From Alphaproteobacteria bacterium (lineage in GTDB: Bacteria > Pseudomonadota > Alphaproteobacteria > MPNO01 > UBA830): a stretch of 64,000 bases of DNA. The stretch is from the NCBI GenBank assembly GCA_964291215.2, contig OZ219790.1:1664001-1728000 (forward strand), given 5' to 3'. Positions 54,882 through 64,000 of this stretch are shown here, one piece after another; position 1 is the first letter of the stretch; every line of letters starts with the position of its first letter. Under the pieces are notes generated by a model. It saw only the letters and a program-made list of their open reading frames with translations. It did not search any database and was not told where the DNA came from. The position numbers and the translations under genes were made by a program.

Positions 54882-56798
54882 TCAACCCTGCCGCGCGATC
54901 TTCAGGCCCTCTTCTCGCCCAAGGGCCAAGAGAACGGTCGCCACTATGCTTGCCGCATCGAGCCCGGCGCTCTGCAACTGTCGCTGCGGAGTGTCCTGGT
55001 CGAGAAACGCGTCGGGCATTACGATCGGCCGGAACACAAGCCCGGAATCAAAGATTCCCTCCCGCGCCAGCACATGCATTACCTGGGTGGCAAAACCGCC
55101 GATCGAACCCTCCTCGATGGTTGCCAGGATCTGGTGATTGGCCGCGAGATCGGTGACGAGCTTTTCGTCGAGGGGTTTTGCGAAACGCGCGTCGGCGACT
55201 GTCGTCGACAGGTTGTGCGTCTCGAGCGTACCGGCGGCCTCGAGGCAGTCCTGAAGACGCGCACCGTAGGACAGCAGCGCGACCCGTGTACCCTCCTGCA
55301 CGACCCGTCCCTTGCCGATTTCGAGCGCCTCGGGGTGCTCGGGAAGCGGAACGCCGATACCGCTGCCGCGCGGGTACCGGAAGGCGCTCGGCCGGTCGTC
55401 TATCGCCGCCGCGGTGGCCACCATCCTGACCAGTTCGCCTTCGTCTGCTGCGGCCATCAGCACCATTCCCGGAAGACACCCCATATAGGCAATGTCGAAA
55501 GCCCCGCAATGCGTCTGCCCGTCGGCACCGACATATCCTGCCCGATCGAGCGCGAAGCGCACCGGCAGTTCCTGGATCGCGACATCGTGGACAATCTGGT
55601 CGAAGGCTCGCTGCAGGAACGTCGAGTAAATGGCGGCGAACGGCTTCATGCCCTCGGCGGCAAGGCCGGCAGCGAAGGTAACCGCATGCTGTTCGGCAAG
55701 GCCGACATCGAAGGTCCGGTCCGGAAACACCTCGCCGAAGCGGTCGATGCCCGTGCCGGACGGCATTGCTGCGGTGATCGCCACGATGCGGTCGTCGCGC
55801 CGCGCTTGGTCGATGAGGCTGTCCGCGAAAACGCGGGTATAGCTCGGCAGGTTGGACCCGCCGCCGGCGAACTCTCCAGTGGCGACATCGAACTTGCCGA
55901 CGCCGTGATAGTAGTCGGCCGAACTCTCCGCCGGCGCATACCCTTTGCCCTTCTGGGTGATAACGTGAACCAGGACCGGACCGTCGGCCTCGTCGTCACG
56001 GACGTTGCGCAGCACCGGGACAAGATGGTCCAAATTGTGGCCGTCAATCGGTCCGACATAGAAGCAGCCGAGCTCCTCGAACAGGGTGCCGCCGGTCAAC
56101 ATTCCGCGGACATAGCTTTCCGCCCGCTGCGCGGACTTCTTGACCGTTCTCGGAAATCGCTCGGACAGGTGAAGTCCGATGTCGCGCAGGGAACGGTAGG
56201 ACTTGGAGGAAATCAGCCGCGACAGGTAGGCCGACAACGCCCCGGTCGGAGGCGCGATCGACATGTCGTTGTCGTTGAGGATGACGATAAGCTTGTTGTC
56301 CATGGCCCCGGCGTTGTTGAGCCCTTCGAACGCCATGCCGCCGGTCATCGCGCCGTCGCCGATCACCGCCACCACCTTGTTCTTTCCGCCCTGCAGGTCA
56401 CGCCCCACAGAAAAGCCGAGCGCCGCCGAGATTGATGTCGAGGCGTGAGCGGCGCCGAAGGGGTCATATTCGCTTTCCGCGCGCTTGGTGAAACCCGACA
56501 GCCCGCCGCCCTGGCGCAGCGTGCGGATCCGGTCGCGGCGCCCGGTCAGGATCTTGTGCGGATAGACCTGGTGCCCGACATCCCAGACGATCCGGTCGTC
56601 CGGGGTGTTGAACAGGTAGTGAAGCGCCACGGTAAGCTCGACAACCCCGAGGCCCGCGCCGAGGTGTCCGCCGGTCATGGACACCGCATCAATGGTTTCG
56701 GCCCGCAACTCGTCGGCAAACTGGCGCAGTTGGTCGAGTCTGAGTTTCCTCAGGTCCCGCGGCTCGTTGACGATGTCAAGCAGTGCTGTCTCTGGCAT
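54882..56798 (-). CDS. dxs: 1-deoxy-D-xylulose-5-phosphate synthase
   Basis: [38 protein letters not shown]. Confidence 0.97.
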   Translation of the reverse strand: MPETALLDIVNEPRDLRKLRLDQLRQFADELRAETIDAVSMTGGHLGAGLGVVELTVALHYLFNTPDDRIVWDVGHQVYPHKILTGRRDRIRTLRQGGGLSGFTKRAESEYDPFGAAHASTSISAALGFSVGRDLQGGKNKVVAVIGDGAMTGGMAFEGLNNAGAMDNKLIVILNDNDMSIAPPTGALSAYLSRLISSKSYRSLRDIGLHLSERFPRTVKKSAQRAESYVRGMLTGGTLFEELGCFYVGPIDGHNLDHLVPVLRNVRDDEADGPVLVHVITQKGKGYAPAESSADYYHGVGKFDVATGEFAGGGSNLPSYTRVFADSLIDQARRDDRIVAITAAMPSGTGIDRFGEVFPDRTFDVGLAEQHAVTFAAGLAAEGMKPFAAIYSTFLQRAFDQIVHDVAIQELPVRFALDRAGYVGADGQTHCGAFDIAYMGCLPGMVLMAAADEGELVRMVATAAAIDDRPSAFRYPRGSGIGVPLPEHPEALEIGKGRVVQEGTRVALLSYGARLQDCLEAAGTLETHNLSTTVADARFAKPLDEKLVTDLAANHQILATIEEGSIGGFATQVMHVLAREGIFDSGLVFRPIVMPDAFLDQDTPQRQLQSAGLDAASIVATVLLALGREEGLKIARQG

Positions 56799-56846
56799 TG
56801 TCCGTCCTTTGCTGCACTGACCTGATGCCGGGGTCGTCAAGAGCTG

Positions 56847-57740
56847 TCAGCGGTCGCGTTTCAACACGTATTCGGCGACTGCCCTGAGAGCGGTGTTGCG
56901 CTCGCCGAACATTTCGAGATTCGCGAGTGCCGAATCGGCGATTCGCCGGAGTTCGCGCCTCGCGCCCTCGATTCCGAGGATCGAGATGAAGGTTGCCTTG
57001 CCGGCGGCCATGTCCTTGTGGACCTTCTTGCCCAGCGCCGTCTCGTCACCCTCGACGTCGAGAAGGTCGTCGACGATCTGGAAGGCGAGTCCCAACTCGG
57101 AACCGAACGTCTGGAGCACTCCGCGAGCCTCGCGAGGCGCCTGTCCCAGTATGGCGCCAGCCGTGGCGGAAAAAGAGAACAGGGCACCAGTCTTGAGCCG
57201 GGCCAGCCTCGTCGCGACATCGGCTCCGACGGTGACATGTTCGCTCTCGAGGTCGATCATCTGCCCGCCCACCATCCCCCGTGGGCCGATAGCGGCGGCA
57301 AGGGTGGCCGCCAGGTCTGCCCGGACGCCGGTGTCGGGATGGGTGTCCGGCGCCGCCAGGGTCTCGAATGCGAGGCTGTGCAACGCGTCTCCCGCCAGTA
57401 TCGCTGTCGCCTCGTCGAAAGCCTTGTGGCATGACGGCTTCCCGCGGCGCAGGTCATCGTCATCCAGCGCCGGCAGATCATCGTGCACCAGGGAATAGGC
57501 GTGGATCATCTCGACGGCGGCGCCAACCCTCCTGCGCTGCGCCGCCGGTACTCCGAACATGCTCGCCGAGGTCTCCACGATGTAGGGCCGCAGATACTTG
57601 CCTCCGCCGAGCACCGCGTACGACATCGCTTCGTACAACTTCTCCTCGGGGCCGTGCTGCGATGGCAGCAGCGCGGCGAGCACCCCCTCCATCTGTCCGG
57701 AAAAATCGGAAAGTTCGTCCGGAACGCATATCGTGCCCAT
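56847..57740 (-). CDS. ispA: farnesyl diphosphate synthase (short-chain polyprenyl synthetase)
   Basis: GGKYLRP, SLVHDDLPALDDDDLRRGKP, GQMID, KTG, FQIVDDLLD. Confidence 0.93.
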   Translation of the reverse strand: MGTICVPDELSDFSGQMEGVLAALLPSQHGPEEKLYEAMSYAVLGGGKYLRPYIVETSASMFGVPAAQRRRVGAAVEMIHAYSLVHDDLPALDDDDLRRGKPSCHKAFDEATAILAGDALHSLAFETLAAPDTHPDTGVRADLAATLAAAIGPRGMVGGQMIDLESEHVTVGADVATRLARLKTGALFSFSATAGAILGQAPREARGVLQTFGSELGLAFQIVDDLLDVEGDETALGKKVHKDMAAGKATFISILGIEGARRELRRIADSALANLEMFGERNTALRAVAEYVLKRDR

Positions 57741-58233
57741 CGCTCCAACTCTCCGCAGTGTTTCCGGTTCCCGTCCACCGCCGCCGCTTGCCTTCAGAGC
57801 CAGTCGCAGGCGTGACCGGCTGCCACCAAGGGGACATGATGGTCCAGGTTCACTTGGTAGCGTCGGGAACCGAATCCACGGGCGATGAGGCGACCACCCG
57901 CACCAACATGTCACGAGTATGGATATCGATTTGGGGATGCGAGTGCAATTTTCAAGACTGCGTCGATCATGAACAGGAGCTCTCCAGAAGCGCCGACCGG
58001 GGGGCAGCGGACGGCATATTTGCGTCCCGCGCCGTCCAAACCGTGCTACCGTGTCATGGCGGCAGGCGTTGCATGGGCAGGCAGGGCAGGCCGCATGGCA
58101 GCGGACGGGGGCTGGGCCGCAACCGCCAGTCGGGAAATTCGTGGCAGGACTGCTGACGTGTCGCTGACGTTGCCCGCGCCTGAGCCATTCGTTATGTTAG
58201 CGGCCGTTTTGTCAGGGAATTCGGAGCAGCCTA

Positions 58234-58881
58234 GTGGGCGACATCTTTCGAGAGGTCGATGAGGAACTCAGACAGGAGCGCTACGAGAGGCTGTGGCGCC
58301 AGTACGGGAAATACCTCATCGCCGCCGCCGTGATTGTCGTCGCGGCAGTAGCCGCATGGCAAGGCTGGAGCAGTTACAGGGTCTCTCAGCAGGAGGCCGG
58401 GGGGCTTGAGTTCAGCGCCGCCACCCGGCTCGTGCGCGAGGGCAGGATCGAGCAGGCGGAAACCGCCTTTGCCACGTTGAGCGCCAGTGCCGGCTACGGC
58501 GTGTTGTCCCGGTTCCACCAAGCGTCGATTCGCGCTGCCGGCGGCGATCACGCGTCGGCTGTCGACATCTATGACAGGCTCGCGGCCGACCGCGACACCT
58601 CGCCCTCCCTTCGTGGGTTGGCGACCGTTCTTGCCGGTCTGCAGGCCCTCCGGGTGGACGATATCCCCGCGGATGCGATTTCGGACAGAATCGCTCCACT
58701 GACCGGGCCGGGAGCGGCCTACCGCCATATCGCGCAAGAAATACTCGCCATGGCGGCACAGCGGGCAGGTGACCGGGAGACGGCAGTGTCGTACTATCGC
58801 AAGCTCGTCGACGATGCCGAAACGCCTTCGGGAATCCGGACTCGCGCGGCGCAAATGTTGAACATTCTCGGGGCTTCCTGA
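58234..58881 (+). CDS. YfgM-like membrane-anchored TPR protein
   Basis: DIFREVDEELRQE start, single TM, helical repeats; upstream of bamB-der. Confidence 0.85.
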   Translation: MGDIFREVDEELRQERYERLWRQYGKYLIAAAVIVVAAVAAWQGWSSYRVSQQEAGGLEFSAATRLVREGRIEQAETAFATLSASAGYGVLSRFHQASIRAAGGDHASAVDIYDRLAADRDTSPSLRGLATVLAGLQALRVDDIPADAISDRIAPLTGPGAAYRHIAQEILAMAAQRAGDRETAVSYYRKLVDDAETPSGIRTRAAQMLNILGAS

Positions 58882-58902
58882 GAACAACCGGAGAGTCCGG
58901 CG

Positions 58903-60225
58903 ATGACGGAATCACGTGCGGTTGTGATCCTTCTGGCGGTGCTGGCGTTGTCCGGGTGTTCCGGATGGTTTGGCGAATCCGAAGAGGAGAGGCTGGCGGG
59001 AGAGCGCGTGTCGATCCTCGACCGCATTGGCGTTCCATCCCCTGACGCCCAGGTTGCAAACGTCGCGATAACGCTACCGGCGCAGCGCGTCAACGCGAAC
59101 TGGCCCCAAGAAGGGGGTGAGCCGGGTCACGCAATGCGGCATTTGGCCGCTTCCGGCGAGTTTGCGGCCCTGTGGAGCGGTGACGCCGGCGCCGGCTCGG
59201 GAGGCAGCGCCAAGATTCTCGGCCAGCCGGTGATTTCGGGCGGCCGCGTCTTCACAATTGACGCCGATGCTGCCGTGAGCGCTTTCGATGCCGGAAACGG
59301 CGATGTGCTGTGGCGCGTCACTCTCGTTCGCGACGACGATGACGACGACGGCATACTCGGCGGCGGGCTGGCCGTAGCGCAGGGCCGGGTCTTTGCGACG
59401 ACGGGGTTCTCTCATGTCGTCTCGCTCTCGGCTGCGGACGGCACCGAAATCTGGCGAAAGGCGCTGAATGCGCCGCTGAGAGCTGCGCCGACAGTCAGTG
59501 ACGGGCGGGTGTTCGTCCTAACCGTCGCCGACCAGCTCTTTGCGCTCGATGCTGGTGACGGCCGTGAACTCTGGAACTATCCGGGCCTGAGCGAAGTCGC
59601 GAGACTGGTCGGCGCCGCTGCACCGGCTGCCGGTTCCGGGGTCGTGGTCGCTCCGTACAGTTCCGGCGAGGTCGCGGCGTTGCGGGTCGAGAACGGCCGT
59701 GTGGTGTGGACCGAATCGCTCGCCGCAGTTCGGCGGCCGGATGCGATTACATCGCTCGCACACATTCGCGGCTGGCCGGTGATCGACCGCGGCGTGGTCT
59801 ATGTCGTCAGCCACGCCGGCCGCACGATGGCCGTGGACCTTCGGACGGGCGGCCGCCTCTGGGTGGCCCGGGTCGGAGGCGTGCACGGCCCTTGGGTGGC
59901 AGGCGACTTCGTCTACGTGGTGACTGGCGAGGCGGCGCTGGTTTGCCTGACCCGTCGTGGCGGACTGGTGCGCTGGGTGAAGCAGCTGCAGCGCTACGAG
60001 GACGAGAAGGACCTCGAGGACGAGATACTCTGGACCGGTCCGGTTCTTGCCGGCGGAAGACTGGTCGTTGCCAACAGCAACGGTGAAATCCTGTTCCTGT
60101 CGCCACGGGACGGAGAAATCGTCGGCCGCGCAGAGGCTCGAGGGCCGGTCCTGATTCCCCCAGCCGTTGCCGGGGAGACGCTGTTCGTGCTCACCGAGAA
60201 TGCTCTCCTGACAGCCCTGCGCTGA
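58903..60225 (+). CDS. bamB: BamB-like PQQ-repeat beta-propeller lipoprotein
   Basis: Lipobox LSGC, repeated A.D..xG..xW blades; yfgM-bamB-der synteny. Confidence 0.82.
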   Translation: MTESRAVVILLAVLALSGCSGWFGESEEERLAGERVSILDRIGVPSPDAQVANVAITLPAQRVNANWPQEGGEPGHAMRHLAASGEFAALWSGDAGAGSGGSAKILGQPVISGGRVFTIDADAAVSAFDAGNGDVLWRVTLVRDDDDDDGILGGGLAVAQGRVFATTGFSHVVSLSAADGTEIWRKALNAPLRAAPTVSDGRVFVLTVADQLFALDAGDGRELWNYPGLSEVARLVGAAAPAAGSGVVVAPYSSGEVAALRVENGRVVWTESLAAVRRPDAITSLAHIRGWPVIDRGVVYVVSHAGRTMAVDLRTGGRLWVARVGGVHGPWVAGDFVYVVTGEAALVCLTRRGGLVRWVKQLQRYEDEKDLEDEILWTGPVLAGGRLVVANSNGEILFLSPRDGEIVGRAEARGPVLIPPAVAGETLFVLTENALLTALR

Positions 60226-60235
60226 ATACCCGGCC

Positions 60236-61624
60236 ATGAAACCGGTTGTCGCCATTCTGGGGCGGCCCAATGTCGGCAAATCGACTCTGTTCAATCGCCT
60301 GGTTGGATCTCGTCGCGCGTTGGTCGCGCCGACGCCCGGCGTGACCCGGGACCGCAGGGAGGATAAGGCGCGAATCGGGCAGCTGGAATTCACCGCGGTT
60401 GATACGGCCGGCCTCGAGGAGGCTCCTGCGACGGAGCTCGTCGGCGCGATGCAGGAACAGGCCCGGTGCGCCGCCCTCTCCGCCGATGTCGTGTTGCTGG
60501 TGGTGGACGCCAGAGCCGGCGTCACGCCCGTGGACGAATTCTTCGCCAGACAGGTCAGACGGGACGGAACGCCGTCGATCCTTGTCGCGAACAAGTGTGA
60601 GTCTCGTGCCGCAGACGCCGGAGTCCTGGAGTGCGCCCGGCTCGGTCTCGGGCCGCCGGTGGCTGTCGCCGCAGAACACGGAATCGGGATGCTGGAGCTG
60701 GAACTGGCGCTCCGGGACCGGTTTCGCAGCGCGCTGCCGCCTGACGCCACCGGCGAAGACGAACTCCTGGCGGAAGGGTCCGGAGCAGGCGGCGACGGGG
60801 ATCAGGGCCCGTTGCGCCTGGTGATTGCAGGGCGGCCGAATGTCGGAAAGTCGACCCTTCTGAACCGACTCCTCGGCGAAGAGCGTGTCATCACGGGTTC
60901 GGAGCCGGGTACGACGCATGACGCGATTGCCGTGCGCTGGACCTGGGACGGCCGACAGTTCGAACTTGTCGACACTGCGGGACTGCGGCGCAAGGCGCGG
61001 ATAGCTGAGCGGCTCGAGAAATTGTCGGTTGGCGATACTCTCGAAGCGATCCGCCTCTCCCATGTCGTCGTACTGGTGGTCGACGCGAACCAGATGCCCG
61101 AACGGCAGGACCTGGTGATTGCACGCCACGTGATCGACGAGGGGCGTGCGATCGTCATCGCCGTCAACAAGTGGGATGCGGTTGATGACGGCCGTGCAGC
61201 GACAGACCGCCTGCGTCACCGTCTCGAGATCTCGTTGCCGCAGGTCCGCGGCGTGCCTGTCGTCACGTTGTCGGCGCTTACCGGCAAGGGCGTCGAAGAC
61301 CTTCTCCCCCGGGTGCTGTCCGCCCATGAGACCTGGAACCGCCGCGTTGCGACGGGGCCGCTCAATCGCTGGGTCGCGGAGGTCGTCGAGCGCCACCCGC
61401 CGCCGCTTCACCGGGGCCGCCGGGTCCGCATCCGCTACGTCACCCAGTCGGGTGTGCGCCCGCCCACCTTCGCGGTGTTCGTCAACCGGCCGCGCGGCGT
61501 GCCCGAATCGTACATTCGCTATCTTGTCAACGATATCCGCAACAGTTTCGGGTTTTCCGGCGTCCCCATCCGAATTCAGCTCCGGCGCCAGGACAATCCC
61601 TACGCGGCTGACCGGGGCAGGTAG
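60236..61624 (+). CDS. der: ribosome biogenesis GTPase Der (EngA)
   Basis: Two GRPNVGKST P-loops, two DTAG motifs, NKCE/NKWD, KH-like tail. Confidence 0.97.
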   Translation: MKPVVAILGRPNVGKSTLFNRLVGSRRALVAPTPGVTRDRREDKARIGQLEFTAVDTAGLEEAPATELVGAMQEQARCAALSADVVLLVVDARAGVTPVDEFFARQVRRDGTPSILVANKCESRAADAGVLECARLGLGPPVAVAAEHGIGMLELELALRDRFRSALPPDATGEDELLAEGSGAGGDGDQGPLRLVIAGRPNVGKSTLLNRLLGEERVITGSEPGTTHDAIAVRWTWDGRQFELVDTAGLRRKARIAERLEKLSVGDTLEAIRLSHVVVLVVDANQMPERQDLVIARHVIDEGRAIVIAVNKWDAVDDGRAATDRLRHRLEISLPQVRGVPVVTLSALTGKGVEDLLPRVLSAHETWNRRVATGPLNRWVAEVVERHPPPLHRGRRVRIRYVTQSGVRPPTFAVFVNRPRGVPESYIRYLVNDIRNSFGFSGVPIRIQLRRQDNPYAADRGR

Positions 61625-61895
61625 GGCGGAAGGTTGTCATCGGACGGTCTTCGCGGCTGGTCTTTTGTTACCGGTCGAGAGCGCGAAGGTTGGGAGCGCG
61701 GCGCTGATAGCGACGCCCGGAAAACGGTGGTTGGTTGTCGACGGGCGGGATGGTTTCGCAGGCGGCCGGGCGGGGTTCCATCGGCAGCAGAACATCGCCG
61801 CGGGTCAGCCACCATTCGGCGGCGTGTACCGGGCAGGACTACTTTTCGGCACCGGGCCTCGGATGGAGCGGCGAGATGGACGCAGGAGCGCGCGG

Positions 61896-62612
61896 TCAGG
61901 GATCGGGCAGGACAGTCTCACCGTGGCGCTGGCATGCGGGGGAAGCCAGCTCGACGAACAGGCTGGCGACGGATTCGGGCGATTTCAGGGTTGTCGGATC
62001 CTCACCGGGATAGGCCTGAGCACGCAAGCGCGTCCGGGTCGCACCCGGCTGCACGATGTTGACCCGAATCCGGGTGCGACGGGTTTCCGCGGCCCAGCAG
62101 GCGACCAAGGCCTCAAGGGCCGCCTTGCTCGCCGCATAGGCCCCCCAGTACGGAGCCTGGTTCCGCGCGACGGGCGCGGAGACGAATATAGCGCGTCCCG
62201 AGTCGGACGCGCTCAGCAACGGCGCAAGCGTACGGATGAGGCGCCAGTTGGCATGCAGATTGACGTCGAAGGCTTCCGTCCACCGGGCCTCGTCGATGTC
62301 CTGGACCGGCGCCAGCTCGCCGAGTGCGCCGGCATTGGCGACAAGGATGTCGAGCCTGCCGAAACGCTCTGCCAGGGCTGGACCGATGCCGTCGACCCGA
62401 TCGAAGTCGGCAAGATCGAGCTCGATCAACGTCGCACGACCGCCCTGTGCGGCCCTGATCTCGTCGTCCACCTCCTCGAGCGCGCCCCGGGTGCGCGCGG
62501 TCAGAACGACATGCACGCCCTCGGCGGCAAGTCGCCGCGCCACCGCCGCGCCGATGCCCCGCGAGGCTCCGGTGATCAGGGCGACGCGGTCCGCAAGAAT
62601 GCCGCCGGTCAC
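61896..62612 (-). CDS. short-chain dehydrogenase/reductase
   Basis: TGASRGIG, NAG, YAASK; GTG start overlaps the purF stop. Confidence 0.9.
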   Translation of the reverse strand: MTGGILADRVALITGASRGIGAAVARRLAAEGVHVVLTARTRGALEEVDDEIRAAQGGRATLIELDLADFDRVDGIGPALAERFGRLDILVANAGALGELAPVQDIDEARWTEAFDVNLHANWRLIRTLAPLLSASDSGRAIFVSAPVARNQAPYWGAYAASKAALEALVACWAAETRRTRIRVNIVQPGATRTRLRAQAYPGEDPTTLKSPESVASLFVELASPACQRHGETVLPDP

Positions 62613-64000
62613 GCGAGTCGCGTCATGAAAGAGAGCTGCCGGTCCGCTTTGCGGCCGGACAGGTCTGTCAGTCGGACCGGGTAGTCGCCGGTAAAACAGG
62701 CATCGCAATATCCGGGCGAGTCCGGATCGCGTCCGGTCTCGCCCATCGCGCGGTAGAGGCCGTCAATCGAGAGGAAGGCGAGGCTGTCGACGCCAATGAT
62801 GCGCGCCATGTCCTCGACGGTATTCTGCGCGGCGAAAAGCTCGCTGCGGTCGGGCGTGTCGACGCCGTAAAAGCATGAATTCGCGGTTGGCGGGCTCGCT
62901 ATCCGCATATGTACGCTGCGTGCGCCCGCTGCGCGGACCATCTCGACTATCTTGGTCGAGGTGGTCCCCCGAACGATGCTGTCATCGACCAGTACGATGC
63001 TCTTGCCCCGGATGATTTCGCTGTTGGCGTTGTGCTTGAGCTTGACGCCGAGATGGCGGATGCGTTCCGTCGGTTCGATGAAGGTGCGGCCCACATAGTG
63101 ATTGCGGATGATTCCGAGTTCGTAGGGAATCCCGGACTGCTCGGCATAGCCAAGCGCCGCCGGGACGCCGGAGTCGGGCACCGGAACGACAATGTCGGCG
63201 GGAATATGAGTTTCCCGCGCGAGCTCGACGCCGATGCGCTTCCGAGATTCGTAGACGTTCCGTCCCTCGATGGTGCTGTCGGGCCGGGCAAAATAGATAT
63301 ACTCGAAGACGCAGAACCGGTGCGGCTGCGGTGTGAAGGGGTGCGTTGTCCGCACGCCGTCGGAGTCGATCAGGATCATCTCGCCCGGCTCGACATCCCG
63401 GACGTAGCTGGCGCCGATGATGTCGAGGGCGCAGCTTTCGGAGGCCAGCACGTGGCTGTTCTCGAGACGCCCGAGGACCAGCGGGCGGATGCCGTGGGGA
63501 TCGCGAACGCCGATCAGCGTATCGTTGTGCAGAGCGGCCAGCGAATATGCGCCCTCGACCTGCCCGAGCGCCGCTACCATGCGCTCGACGAGTGATTCTG
63601 CCCTGCTGGTTGCGATCAGATGAATCAGTACTTCGGTGTCGGTCGTCGACTGGAACAAGCAGCCGTCGGCCACGAGTTTCTGCCTTATGGTGAGGGCGTT
63701 GGTGAGATTGCCGTTATGGGCGATGGCGAAGCCGCCCGACGCGAGGTCTGCGAAGAGCGGCTGGATGTTTCGGGCAAGCGTTTCGCCGGTGGTCGAGTAG
63801 CGGTTGTGGCCAATCCCGATATTGCCCTGCAGCCCCCGGATGACGGACTCGTCGCCGAAATTGTCGGCGATGTTGCCGGGTCCCCGATGGCTGAAGAAGC
63901 GCCCATCCTCGAAAGTCACGATGCCGGCTGCCTCCTGCCCCCGATGCTGAAGGGCGTGGAGGCCGAGCGCGATCAGCGCCGCCGCGTCGGCATGACCGTG
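62609..64000 (-). CDS. purF: amidophosphoribosyltransferase (5' end outside the window)
   Basis: LQHRGQE, GHNRYST, HNGNL, VPDSG, VDDSIVRGTTS. Confidence 0.97.
   Translation of the reverse strand, partial: HGHADAAALIALGLHALQHRGQEAAGIVTFEDGRFFSHRGPGNIADNFGDESVIRGLQGNIGIGHNRYSTTGETLARNIQPLFADLASGGFAIAHNGNLTNALTIRQKLVADGCLFQSTTDTEVLIHLIATSRAESLVERMVAALGQVEGAYSLAALHNDTLIGVRDPHGIRPLVLGRLENSHVLASESCALDIIGASYVRDVEPGEMILIDSDGVRTTHPFTPQPHRFCVFEYIYFARPDSTIEGRNVYESRKRIGVELARETHIPADIVVPVPDSGVPAALGYAEQSGIPYELGIIRNHYVGRTFIEPTERIRHLGVKLKHNANSEIIRGKSIVLVDDSIVRGTTSTKIVEMVRAAGARSVHMRIASPPTANSCFYGVDTPDRSELFAAQNTVEDMARIIGVDSLAFLSIDGLYRAMGETGRDPDSPGYCDACFTGDYPVRLTDLSGRKADRQLSFMTRLA

Noticed and set aside
56800-56808. 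TCCGTCCT match to the bridge RNA left target guide at the dxs RBS
   Set aside because: The right side (TTG) does not match the right target guide; a short chance match.
57741-58233. Small gene (xseB) or sRNA between ispA and the yfgM-like gene
   Set aside because: No XseB-like translation or convincing structure seen; treated as a divergent promoter region.

Overview
High-GC alphaproteobacterial (Rhodospirillales-like, inferred from gene content and order) chromosomal segment. 1-2.4 kb: alpha/beta hydrolase and UbiD-family decarboxylase. 2.5-4.2 kb: an eroded ISAs1 element with intact ends and a 10-bp target duplication. 4.3-28.8 kb: complete minus-strand dcw cluster (mraZ to ftsZ, lpxC, bamD, recN, ligA), preceded by RNase P RNA. 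29.7-39.2 kb: three MFS transporters, an MDR oxidoreductase, a Nudix hydrolase and an orphan catabolic cluster (DUF2848-like, cupin, amidase, HpaB-type monooxygenase). 39.3-52.5 kb: a nested pile of mobile-element debris (IS1634, IS110, IS30, IS66, ISAs1, integrase fragment, group II intron 3' end, Dam-like methylase) around one intact RTX-repeat gene. 52.5-64 kb: ispA-dxs-hpnD-hpnE, yfgM-like/bamB/der, SDR, purF. Main result: an IS110 element (39688-42196, minus strand) whose non-coding left end holds an apparently intact bridge RNA. All four guide segments match the element's own ends and the insertion site, which lies inside an IS1634 transposase gene, while the recombinase gene is destroyed. 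Also notable: DUF4338 (DruA-like) domains carried by three separate IS elements of two unrelated families, and dense micro-deletion erosion of IS coding regions. All calls were made by eye from motifs; no searches were run.
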